Below, one piece after another: positions 1 through 8,132 of a stretch of 64,000 bases of DNA. A program made the position numbers and the translations under genes. The notes under the pieces are model-generated. The model did no database searches. It was given only the letters and a program-made list of their open reading frames with translations, and was not told the origin of the DNA. Position 1 is the stretch's first letter. Each line of letters starts with the position of its first letter. Source of the stretch: an uncultured Verrucomicrobiae bacterium (GTDB taxonomy: Bacteria; Verrucomicrobiota; Verrucomicrobiia; Chthoniobacterales; JAFAMB01); NCBI GenBank assembly GCA_963837955.1, contig CAWIPH010000002.1, forward strand, positions 4,160,001 through 4,224,000, read 5' to 3'.

Positions 1-135
1 CAATTCATGAAAGCGAAAAGCTCGTGCTGAGCTTATCTAAACCGCCGATTGGTGTGCCGAATTTTCTGGTCATGCTCCCTCCAGTGAGTAGGGCCGTTTA
101 ATTTGAAGTTTCATGTTCAGCGTGTTGATCGAGAA

Positions 136-483
136 TCAGGGCGTTGCCGTGTCGTGTTTGGCTTCCCAATTACGCATTTCCTCTACCAGTTTTTGATAGA
201 TGCGACCGACGGCTTCCGCTGGCATTGGACCTCCCTGGGCAAGTTCTTGAGCCTTCGCTACTACCTGTTGCTCCCGGCTTGGAACAGTTATTGGCAGATG
301 CGCTTCGCGCTTGATGTTGCCTACCTCCTCAACCACTCGAGCCCGCTGTTGAACTAGCTCAACAATACGCTGGTCAAGCGAATCAATTTGTTGACGACAT
401 GCATCAAGTTGCTCCTGGGTACCAGCGTTCGCATCTAGCGAAAACAGTGTCATAACAACTAAGACTAAGGGTGCAGTTTTCAT
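136..483 (-). CDS. Chorismate mutase (AroQ/CM_2 family) with N-terminal signal peptide
   Basis: MKTAPLVLVVMTLFSLDANA signal-like N-terminus; LDACRQQIDSLDQRIVELVQQR..VGNIK..PSREQQV matches the AroQ R/R/K/RE catalytic pattern. Confidence 0.85.
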   Translation of the reverse strand: MKTAPLVLVVMTLFSLDANAGTQEQLDACRQQIDSLDQRIVELVQQRARVVEEVGNIKREAHLPITVPSREQQVVAKAQELAQGGPMPAEAVGRIYQKLVEEMRNWEAKHDTATP

Positions 484-511
484 GTTATTCCGGACCGCGG
501 ACGCGTGAGGT

Positions 512-580
512 AGTAGACACCAGGTTTTAAGAGATCGGCTTTTTTTGTCCGAATTGTCGTAGTCGTCGTCCGAACCACCA
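512..580 (-). promoter_or_regulatory. Conserved LytTR-box-like promoter element, copy 1 (upstream of chorismate mutase)
   Basis: Minus strand TCGGACGACGACTACGACAATTCGGACAAAAAAA ... GTGTCTACT; 21-bp-period repeat, TCTA 29 nt after the proximal GGAC. Confidence 0.7.
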
Positions 581-680
581 TCTCCGGTGGTTAATAGCGG
601 TCCCGCTCCAAAGAGCGGTAGCTAGACCGATGGCTGTCACATGCGTGCTGTAAGCCGCTCCAGTGATTTCATGGAGGGAG

Positions 681-1964
681 CTAACTTTGCATCTTAGCGG
701 ACGCCAACGGACCCGGGCTCATCGTAATGCCTTCCAGCGACCTCCCCGCAACCTCGCCCGGTGCTCGTAGGGGAATGCGCACAGTGACTGTTGTGCCCTG
801 TTCAACCTCGCTATACACGTCCAGTCGAAACGAGCGGTCGAACAGTCCTTGCAGCCGCCGGCGCAACAGTTCCAATGCATGCACCTGCGGACGCGCCGCA
901 AAGAAAACTCTTTCGACTTCGGCCAAGGGGACGCCTTGCCCGTCGTCACTCACGCTCATCTCGAGCCACTGACCTACCTGACGGACCGCAAGGCGCAGAC
1001 GCCCGGCCTTCGGTGAGGATTGCAGTCCGTGTTGCACCGCGTTCTCTACTAACGGTTGGAGCGAGAAAGGCGGCGTTAAAGCTTCGGTCAATCCCGGATC
1101 GATCACTTCTTCAACTTTCAATCGGTTACCAAGCCGGAGCGACTCGATATCGAGATAAGCGCGGACCACAGCCAGCTCTTCCCTCATCGGAACTAACACT
1201 CGTTCGTGTTGCTCGAAGCTGGCACGCAGAAAATGGCGTAACCGCCCTGCCGCACGTGGGATTTCCCGGGGTGCAAACGTTGCAAGCGCCGACAGCGCAT
1301 TCAGAGCGTTGAAAAGGAAATGCGGATTCATGCGGGCCTGCAGAGCGCGCACCTCAGCCGAGACCGCCGCTCGTGATTGCTGGTCGCGGTCGCGTACGTG
1401 CGCAACAATCGCCAGGATTAATGCTGTGCCCAACCCTTGCAGCACCGGGGCTACTCCCATCTGCTCGAATATCTGCTGGCCGGTCCGTGGACCGGGAGCG
1501 AATAAGATGGTCAGGCCCGCGCGCAGCCACGACACGGTCAGGGTCAAGCAAAATCCCGTCACCGGGCGTTCCGCCAACCCAGGGCGCCACCGGTACAGCC
1601 ACCCACCGGCTAGACCGGCGCACAACATCGAGACACCGATGGACCCGAGTGGGAGGCCGTCATATTTGACCGCCAGCCAAGTTACAAACGCGCTCACCGT
1701 CACCCCCACCCAAGGGCCTGCCAGCAGACCAGCCGCGCACACCGCCACGATTCGCTCGTTGAGCCAGCCACTGTGCGAAACACTCGCTTCCTCGACCAAC
1801 CCGAGAACCAGGAACACGAGCAAGGCGGTTCCTCGGTCGCGCATCGATAGCAGAGAGCGCTCCCGTAGTCTCAAGCCCGGCACGAAGGTGAGCACGAACG
1901 CGGCTGTTACCAGTACACAAATTTCATTAAAGAGACTAGTCATCGCGGGAAGTCTGGGGGTCAT
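681..1964 (-). CDS. LytS/YpdA-type sensor histidine kinase (5TM-5TMR_LYT + His_kinase + HATPase), paralog 1
   Basis: Hydrophobic N-terminal half with NERI..GLLAGPWVG; H-box ALQARMNPHFLFNALN; N-box PLVENAVQHG; DDGQG; GTTVTVRIP. Start may be the second Met (MTSLFNE). Confidence 0.93.
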   Translation of the reverse strand: MTPRLPAMTSLFNEICVLVTAAFVLTFVPGLRLRERSLLSMRDRGTALLVFLVLGLVEEASVSHSGWLNERIVAVCAAGLLAGPWVGVTVSAFVTWLAVKYDGLPLGSIGVSMLCAGLAGGWLYRWRPGLAERPVTGFCLTLTVSWLRAGLTILFAPGPRTGQQIFEQMGVAPVLQGLGTALILAIVAHVRDRDQQSRAAVSAEVRALQARMNPHFLFNALNALSALATFAPREIPRAAGRLRHFLRASFEQHERVLVPMREELAVVRAYLDIESLRLGNRLKVEEVIDPGLTEALTPPFSLQPLVENAVQHGLQSSPKAGRLRLAVRQVGQWLEMSVSDDGQGVPLAEVERVFFAARPQVHALELLRRRLQGLFDRSFRLDVYSEVEQGTTVTVRIPLRAPGEVAGRSLEGITMSPGPLASAKMQS

Positions 1965-2136
1965 TCACGAAGCTGGGACGCCACCACTAGGGCTCGATGA
2001 ACTCTCGTTAGGATCAGCGTTCCGTTGCGAGATGAGCCTCGGGTTTTGTCGAATAATCTCCGTGTTGAAAGGTGGATTCGTTTTCTAAGTAGCAAGCGAA
2101 GCCCTTCTCGTGTCGCTCACTAAGTTTCCGAAAAGG

Positions 2137-2205
2137 AATAGACGTCAGGATTTTGGAGACTGACCATTTTTGTCCGAATTGCCGTATTTGCCGTCTGAAT
2201 GGCGC
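2137..2205 (-). promoter_or_regulatory. Conserved LytTR-box-like promoter element, copy 2 (upstream of kinase paralog 1)
   Basis: Minus strand TCAGACGGCAAATACGGCAATTCGGACAAAAA ... CGTCTATT; spacing 29 nt. Confidence 0.7.
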
Positions 2206-2413
2206 CCTCAGCTGCTGCTGGTCGGTTATCTCGGCAACAGCGGGTACGGACTTAGTCTTTGAACTTCATTTATCAGGCCCGGCTAGCTGCTCGGGCTTGC
2301 GAGCGGTAGTGACAAGCTGATTACGTGATTCGAGCACTGCTTGCGCAAGATGACGGCCAAGGCACGCCGGAGCTTCCGGTTATAAACCAAGCTTTGGACA
2401 CACGCCTTGCCAG

Positions 2414-3361
2414 CTATTGGCGCCGAGCCGCGGCTTGCTCCTCAATAGGCCACCCCACCCTGGTCAGCTTCTCCGATACCTCCCACAGCTTCTGGGCCAC
2501 GGTTTCATCCTTTGCCTGCGGAGCCACATACGCCGGCGCCACCGGTCCCTTCAACTCATAGAAGCCATTCGGTCCGTAGTACCCCGTCGGTTCGGCCTCC
2601 GATGACGTTGCTCCAAAGAACGTCGGCAGCGCTCCGTCCGCCGCTGAGTGGCTCAGCGGTTGCAGCACCTTGGCCAGGATTCCCCGCAGTCCCTTTGTTC
2701 CCGGCCCGTTCTCAATCAGGTCGGTCCGGGCATATCCCGGATGCGCTGCGTTGCTCATCAATCCCCATCCGTACGCATCGCTCAACCTCTGCAACTCAAA
2801 AGTGAACAGCAGGTTTGCCAGCTTCGACTGCTGATACGCGGGCCACGGCTTGTAACTGCGCTCCGCGTTCAGATTGTCGAAGTCAATCTTCCCTCCGCGA
2901 TGTGCCAGACTACTCACGTTCACTACCCGCGCCGACTGTGCGCTTCTCAGCAGAGGCAACAATAGACCCGTCAGAGCGAAGTGGCTGAGGTGGTTCGTCC
3001 CGAACTGCATTTCAAACCCATCCGAGGTCAACCGTTTCGTCGGCAGATCCATCACCCCTGCGTTATTAATTAGCAGATCCAGCGGCCTCCCTTTCGCAAC
3101 CATCTCCTCCACGAACGCTCCTACCGACGCCAGGCTCGCCAGATCTAGCAACTCGAAACGCACCTTCGCCGCAGGCAGTGAGCCGATGATCCTCTCCACG
3201 GCCATACGCCCCTTCTCTCGGTTTCGTCCGGCCAGCACCACCTCGGCTCCCGCATTCGCCAGTCCAACCGCCGTCTCAAATCCAAGCCCACCGGTTGCGC
3301 CTGTGACGATTGCTAGCTTTCCGGTCTGCGGGGGGACGTCTTTCACTGTCCATTTCTCCAT
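2414..3361 (-). CDS. Short-chain dehydrogenase/reductase (retinol-DH/WWOX-like subgroup)
   Basis: TGATGGLG, NNAG, GTNHLSHF, YQQSKLAN, AHPG motifs. Confidence 0.93.
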   Translation of the reverse strand: MEKWTVKDVPPQTGKLAIVTGATGGLGFETAVGLANAGAEVVLAGRNREKGRMAVERIIGSLPAAKVRFELLDLASLASVGAFVEEMVAKGRPLDLLINNAGVMDLPTKRLTSDGFEMQFGTNHLSHFALTGLLLPLLRSAQSARVVNVSSLAHRGGKIDFDNLNAERSYKPWPAYQQSKLANLLFTFELQRLSDAYGWGLMSNAAHPGYARTDLIENGPGTKGLRGILAKVLQPLSHSAADGALPTFFGATSSEAEPTGYYGPNGFYELKGPVAPAYVAPQAKDETVAQKLWEVSEKLTRVGWPIEEQAAARRQ

Positions 3362-3392
3362 ATCAAATCTCCGTTTCTGCCTTGTTCAAGTT

Positions 3393-3415
3393 AATGAGTG
3401 AGTAGACACGCATAT
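3393..3415. promoter_or_regulatory. Probable TetR operator upstream of the SDR
   Basis: AATGAGTGAGTAGACACGCATAT resembles the ATGAG..CTCAT palindrome upstream of the TetR gene. Confidence 0.4.
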
Positions 3416-3436
3416 ATGACTCAATAAAAATAAATC

Positions 3437-4012
3437 CTACTTTTTCTTGATGATCCCCGCCCACAGCACCGCAAAACCCAATTGCCGATATTTGTCTGCC
3501 GCCTTGGGGTTGGATGCCATAAATTCCATTGTCGTCTCCGCCAGCGCCCGCATCACCGCCGCGACAAATTCTTGGGGCAGATCCTGAAAGACGTGTTGGG
3601 TAATGGCATCCTGAGCCATTGTTTGAATTTCCAGGAATGGTGCTGAACCTGCCCTTTTGGATTCCAAACTCAGCCTGTCTGAGACTTCCAGCTGGGCCAG
3701 GACTTTGCGTTGCTCTGGATTGGCTACTCCCCAATTCACGAAACCGTCCCAGATATGCTGCAGTCTATGGCGAACGCTCTTCTTCCGTGGGAACCCCGAC
3801 ATCATAGCATCCGCCAGTTCCAGTTTGATTTGCCGATAAAGCTCATTCACGAGATCGTCCTTGGTTTTGAAGTAGGTAAACAGGGTTCCTTCCGCCACAC
3901 CGCCCGCCTTCGAGATCGCCGAGGTCGCAGCACCAAGTCCCCGCTCGGCGAAGACCCGAGTCGCCGCCGAGAGGATCGCGTTGCGTTTGTCTTCACTTTT
4001 GGGCCGGGCCAT
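3437..4012 (-). CDS. TetR/AcrR family transcriptional regulator
   Basis: MARPKSEDKRNAILSAATRVFAERG..TSAISKAGGVAEGTLFTYFKTKDDL HTH. Confidence 0.95.
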   Translation of the reverse strand: MARPKSEDKRNAILSAATRVFAERGLGAATSAISKAGGVAEGTLFTYFKTKDDLVNELYRQIKLELADAMMSGFPRKKSVRHRLQHIWDGFVNWGVANPEQRKVLAQLEVSDRLSLESKRAGSAPFLEIQTMAQDAITQHVFQDLPQEFVAAVMRALAETTMEFMASNPKAADKYRQLGFAVLWAGIIKKK

Positions 4013-4024
4013 TTCTCAACACTG

Positions 4025-4056
4025 CAATAAATGAGCAAATACTCATTTATTGTCAA
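4025..4056 (-). promoter_or_regulatory. TetR autoregulatory operator overlapping a sigma70-type promoter
   Basis: Palindrome CAATAAATGAG-N6-CTCATTTATTG (4025-4052) overlapping minus-strand TTGACA (4051-4056), 12 nt upstream of the TetR start. Confidence 0.75.
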
Positions 4057-4181
4057 GCAGGCAGAGAAGAAAATCTGCACAAGAGCAGCATGAGCCCCTA
4101 AAAATCAACGCCACGTACCGTCTATTTTCGTGGTCGAATTTTCTTATTGAAAAAGATTATATAGAAACAAAGAGGTTACGG

Positions 4182-4667
4182 ATGGGACAAATAGAAGAAC
4201 GGTTGAATGCGCTTGGTCTAATGTTGCCACCACCGATCGTTCCACCTCCGGGAGTGATTTTTCCCTTCAACTTTATTCGCATTCTTGGACGGCGAGCGAT
4301 TATTTCCGGCCATGGGCCGCAGAATGCCGATGGATCGCTCGCGGCGCCGTTTGGCAAGCTAGGCCGAGAATTGACCACTGAACAAGGTTATCTTTCCGCG
4401 CGTCTCACTGCCCTGTCTATCTTAGGTAGTCTTAAGCGCTCGTTGGGCGACCTCGATCGGATTGTCGCTTGGGGACGCGTGTTTGGAATGGTCAACTCCG
4501 CGCCCGGCTTTACGAAGCAACCAAGCGTTATAAACGGGTTTTCCGATCTCGTTCTCGAGCTATACGGCGCTGATGTCGGCGCGCATTCCAGAAGTGCGGT
4601 AGGGATGGCTGAGCTTCCATTCGATATTCCCGTCGAGATCGAGGGTGAGGTCGAATTTATGCCCTAG
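4182..4667 (+). CDS. RidA/YjgF-like family protein
   Basis: MGQIEERLNALGL..ISGHGP..VINGFSDL..HSRSAVGMAELPFDIPVEIE; start moved to ATG 4182 behind AGAGG. Confidence 0.9.
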   Translation: MGQIEERLNALGLMLPPPIVPPPGVIFPFNFIRILGRRAIISGHGPQNADGSLAAPFGKLGRELTTEQGYLSARLTALSILGSLKRSLGDLDRIVAWGRVFGMVNSAPGFTKQPSVINGFSDLVLELYGADVGAHSRSAVGMAELPFDIPVEIEGEVEFMP

Positions 4668-4709
4668 ATTTCGAGGGCCTCGTGCGCTTTCGCCCGTCCG
4701 CCAGGTGCA

Positions 4710-5702
4710 TTACCGCTGCGTCGTTCTCCATCCGCGAGGTGGCTTTCCTTCCCATTCATGAAAAGCGCGGAAAAAGGAACTTGGATCTTCGTAGCTGAGG
4801 AGGTAGGCGATCTCGCTGACGCCGAGCGACGGTTCCCGGAGATAGTACCGCGCCAATTCCCGGCGGGCGTCGTTCAGGAGCTGTCGATAGCTAGTGCCCT
4901 CGTCCGTAATGCGGCGTTGTAAGGTTCGACTGCTCATGCCCAATTCCTTTGCCACCTCCCTAATTTCGGGACGCGGGCCGCCCAACAGGCGTTTCAAGAC
5001 CCACTTGACTTGGTCGGCGCACGATTGCTTTTTCTTGCGCTGCTCCAATTGCTGATCAAGTTGCGGCGTCAACATCTCGAGCAACGCGGCGTTAAAGCTA
5101 ACGAAGGGCAAGTCGAGATCGCTGCTGCGGAAAATAATGGCGTCCCGCTTTGCCTTGAATTTGACCGGGCAGCCAAAGGCTGCCTCGTACGTCTCCCAGT
5201 GCTGGGGACTTCGACTTAACTCCAACCGTAGCGGTCGCAGTAGCGGCTTTTGCGTACCTCGCCTCCCCATTTCCAGCGACGCCATGAACGCAACATCCAG
5301 CAGCAGCGGCGGCGGCGTTTCCCGGCTCAGAATCCAGTTAAACTCGAGGCTGCATGCTCCCTTGGCCTCGTGGAATTTCATTTCCTCGAAGCAGCAGAGA
5401 ATTTTGTAGCGCGCAAAACGTTGCAGCGCGTCGCGGAAAGTCCGGGCATGGTAGGCCGCGATGATTGCCGGGTGATACTGCTCCACCGGAATCAGACCCG
5501 GCAGCTTCAGCCCGATGGCGGGATCCTCATGGAGTTCGCGTACCGTGCGCCACAGCCTGAAGTATTGCTCCGTCGTCACCATTCCCTTTCCGGCTGTCCA
5601 AAGGTTCAGGGGAAGGCCGCTCTTGCGGAGCAACACCGCGAGATCAATGCCTATGGCTTTCAACCCGGCCTGAAGGGCGCTCGAAAGCTTGAACGTATTC
5701 AT
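4710..5702 (-). CDS. AraC family transcriptional regulator (Arabinose_bd_2-type N-domain)
   Basis: C-terminal VAKELGMSSRTLQRRI..EIAYLLSYEDPSSFFRAFHEWEGKPP; start set at MNTFKL. Confidence 0.92.
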   Translation of the reverse strand: MNTFKLSSALQAGLKAIGIDLAVLLRKSGLPLNLWTAGKGMVTTEQYFRLWRTVRELHEDPAIGLKLPGLIPVEQYHPAIIAAYHARTFRDALQRFARYKILCCFEEMKFHEAKGACSLEFNWILSRETPPPLLLDVAFMASLEMGRRGTQKPLLRPLRLELSRSPQHWETYEAAFGCPVKFKAKRDAIIFRSSDLDLPFVSFNAALLEMLTPQLDQQLEQRKKKQSCADQVKWVLKRLLGGPRPEIREVAKELGMSSRTLQRRITDEGTSYRQLLNDARRELARYYLREPSLGVSEIAYLLSYEDPSSFFRAFHEWEGKPPRGWRTTQR

Positions 5703-5733
5703 GCCAGGTTGAATGTAGCGCTGATCAGCGCGC

Positions 5734-6621
5734 CTACGCTGATTTTCCGTCCAAGGCATCCAGGACCGCGTGACCGGTATTGGAGACCGTAAGGCCGTCA
5801 AAGTCGGTCGACTCGGTGAATTCAGCCCAGCTCTCAAGTTCCTCGGCGCTCGTCTTGTAACCGTTGCGAAGGAAGGCCATCGCGTCGTTGCCCAGGGGAA
5901 GGCGAAGGGGAGGTTCCGCGATCGCAGTGATTCTCAGAATGGCCGCCGCTGCCTTGCGAGGGTCGCCGGGCTGCTGGCCCGCATGCTTCGCCATGTAATC
6001 TCGCATTACACCCACGGTCGGGGCGTAGGCCTCGATTGGCCTGGCATAGGCCATCGACGCGCCCGCCCAATCGGTGCGAAAACCACCTGGCTCCACGATG
6101 GTCAGCTTGAGACCGAGAGGTTTGATTTCCTGGGCCAGAGACTCACTGAGCCCCTCCACCGCGAACTTGGCGGCGTGGTAACCTGACACGCCAGGAACCG
6201 CGATCCGGCCTCCAATGGAGGTGATTTGGATGATGTGACCGCTGCCTTGTTTGCGCAGGAGCGGAAGAACCGCACGAGTCACATGCACGACGCCCCAGAA
6301 ATTGGTGTCGATTTGCCCCTTGAATTGGTCAGGGGTCATTTCCTCGAACGCGCCGGTAAAGCCATACCCGGCATTGTTCACCACCACATCGATCCGAGCG
6401 AAAGCCTCCACGGCTATTGCGACTGCTTTCTTCACATCGTCAGGCGAGGTAACGTCCAATTTAACTGCGCGAATCTTATCGCCATGGACTTTAGCCAGAT
6501 CAGCCAGATCCTCGGGATTCCGCGCAGTCGCCACAACCTTGTCGCCTGCGGCAAGAACGGTTTCGACCAACGCACGACCCAATCCGCGCGAACTTCCCGT
6601 AACAAACCAGATTTTAGTCAT
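5734..6621 (-). CDS. Classical short-chain dehydrogenase/reductase
   Basis: WFVTGSSRGLG, NNAGYG, YHAAKFAVEG, VEPGGFRTDW. Confidence 0.95.
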   Translation of the reverse strand: MTKIWFVTGSSRGLGRALVETVLAAGDKVVATARNPEDLADLAKVHGDKIRAVKLDVTSPDDVKKAVAIAVEAFARIDVVVNNAGYGFTGAFEEMTPDQFKGQIDTNFWGVVHVTRAVLPLLRKQGSGHIIQITSIGGRIAVPGVSGYHAAKFAVEGLSESLAQEIKPLGLKLTIVEPGGFRTDWAGASMAYARPIEAYAPTVGVMRDYMAKHAGQQPGDPRKAAAAILRITAIAEPPLRLPLGNDAMAFLRNGYKTSAEELESWAEFTESTDFDGLTVSNTGHAVLDALDGKSA

Positions 6622-6677
6622 GATATTCTAGAGTTTAGAGGTCCGGCTCACTGTTCATCCGGGAGCAAGACTCTCGT

Positions 6678-6742
6678 ACTCTAGTGCGATCAACTCGCCA
6701 GGGAAGTGGCTATAGACGCCAAATATATTGCAGAATGCGCCA
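6678..6742 (-). promoter_or_regulatory. Probable AraC-family binding sites and promoter for the SDR-AraC operon
   Basis: CGCCA three times at exact 21-bp period (6696, 6717, 6738), with minus-strand TAGAGT as a possible -10. Confidence 0.55.
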
Positions 6743-6841
6743 CAATGACGAGCGTCTAGCTATACCCGTTAACACCCCCAGGCCTTAAGTCCGCGAAGCC
6801 GCGTCGTAGCATCGTTTGTGATTATGAGATATTCACGTGGG

Positions 6842-6888
6842 GCCCATGGGACTCATGAGTCGCATGTGACTTATAAGTCGCATGTGCA
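6842..6888. repeat. Degenerate 9-mer tandem repeat
   Basis: ccatgggac tcatgagtc gcatgtgac ttataagtc gcatgtg; related unit at 53933-53951. Confidence 0.6.
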
Positions 6889-6987
6889 AACGAAGGTGCG
6901 TCCTGAAACCTGCTCGCTGCCTACATCCTTGAGCGGCACCAGCTAAAAAACAGAAATACCACCCAACAGATCTTCTTTCGGGCGGAT

Positions 6988-7302
6988 TTATTGATAAAGG
7001 TATTTTCGCGAGGAAGTCGGCCACTTTCCCAAAGTGAAATCCGGATGGACACCTATGGGAATAGGCCCGGGAGGCTGGCCTGTCAGCTTGCGATGGCTTA
7101 CCTTCTCTAAGCTGCCATTCGTTTCCTTTTGCTCGTCCGGGCGATTATTCTGCAGGCGATCTACCTCGAGCGCATGAATTCCATACGCAGATAGTAAGGC
7201 GCACGCATCCGCTTCAGTGAATCGGAAGAACAGCAGGAAATTTCGAACTATGCTTCGGACAGAGATCAAAAAGACGGAATTCAGAAGGCGCGTTGTTTTC
7301 AT
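6988..7302 (-). CDS. Small hypothetical protein A (104 aa), paralog of 9759-10112
   Basis: Shares FLISVRSI.R.FL.FFR, FTE.DA.ALLS..G, VDRLQNNR..EQK and PGPI.IGVHPD with protein B; shared AATAAAGTA(A/G)CT before ATG. Confidence 0.75.
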   Translation of the reverse strand: MKTTRLLNSVFLISVRSIVRNFLLFFRFTEADACALLSAYGIHALEVDRLQNNRPDEQKETNGSLEKVSHRKLTGQPPGPIPIGVHPDFTLGKWPTSSRKYLYQ

Positions 7303-7375
7303 AGTTACTTTATTCCAAATGTCGCGAAGCTTGATTTTTGTTCGATTGGTGAGGAGAACCCGCGGGCTTCCCGCC

Positions 7376-7445
7376 AATAGACAGGAGGATTTGAAAGACC
7401 TGCTCTTTCTGGTCCCAGTCGCCGCAATCGCTGTCCGGACTGCCG
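7376..7445 (-). promoter_or_regulatory. Conserved LytTR-box-like promoter element, copy 3 (upstream of small protein A)
   Basis: GGCAGTCCGGACAGCGATTGCGGCGACTGGGACCAGAAAG ... TGTCTATT; spacing 30 nt. Confidence 0.7.
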
Positions 7446-7539
7446 GCAGCCGCAGTCGAAAACTTCCGATCTATCCGCTACGAGTAAGCGCGTAGCGAAG
7501 TTGATTGCGATTGGTGGTCCGCACACACGAGTTCGCAGT

Positions 7540-7610
7540 AATAGAGCGCCACGATTTCAGAGACCGGGGCCGTTTTTGTCCGAATTGTCCGAATCGTTGT
7601 TTCGGCTTCC
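7540..7610 (-). promoter_or_regulatory. Conserved LytTR-box-like promoter element, copy 4 (directly after the sigma stop codon)
   Basis: CGAAACAACGATTCGGACAATTCGGACAAAAA ... GCTCTATT; spacing 32 nt. Confidence 0.65.
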
Positions 7611-7621
7611 TCAGAGTTCAT
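7601..7621 (-). pseudogene. Probable stub of an anti-sigma factor gene (MNSEEAE)
   Basis: ATG at 7621 overlaps the last sigma codons (GAAGATGAACTCTGA); MNSEEAE resembles the M(N/S)CEEA start of zinc-finger-type anti-sigmas; the frame then runs into promoter element 4. Confidence 0.45.
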
Positions 7622-8132
7622 CTTCGATCCCCTTGTCTCGCATTTGGGTGAGTTCTTGTTGCAAGCGGCGGCGCGCCCTACTCAGACGGGACATCACGGT
7701 TCCCAATGGCACGTTAAGTGCCCCTGCCATCGCTCTGTAAGACCATCCCTCGATTTCAAACAGGACTAAGACCTCACGAAACTCTACCGGGAGACGGTTC
7801 AAGGCCTCCTGTAATAGTTGTCGTCTCTCCTGAGACAGTTCAGAGGGCCCGACTTCCACCGGCACAGCGTGGGCGTCTTCGTCAAATGGAATCAGCTTTT
7901 CTTCGTTCAGGTGTTTCTTAATCCATTTGTAGGCAGTGTTACGGACAATGGTGAGCAGCCAAGCCCGCGGGTTTTCGCCTCGGAATCCAGAAAACCCCTT
8001 CAGCGCGCGAGCATAGGCTTCCTGGACAACGTCCTGTGCATCCTGATCCCTTCCGACAATCCAGCGGGCGAGACTATAGGCCGCATCTAAGTGAGGCAGA
8101 AAAAGCTCTTCGAAACACGGCGCCGTTCGCAT
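7611..8132 (-). CDS. ECF sigma factor, possible stand-alone internal-start product (173 aa)
   Basis: Internal ATG 8132 (MRTAPCFEEL) lies 8 nt after the TCTATT of promoter element 5; regions 2 and 4 intact. Confidence 0.65.
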   Translation of the reverse strand: MRTAPCFEELFLPHLDAAYSLARWIVGRDQDAQDVVQEAYARALKGFSGFRGENPRAWLLTIVRNTAYKWIKKHLNEEKLIPFDEDAHAVPVEVGPSELSQERRQLLQEALNRLPVEFREVLVLFEIEGWSYRAMAGALNVPLGTVMSRLSRARRRLQQELTQMRDKGIEDEL

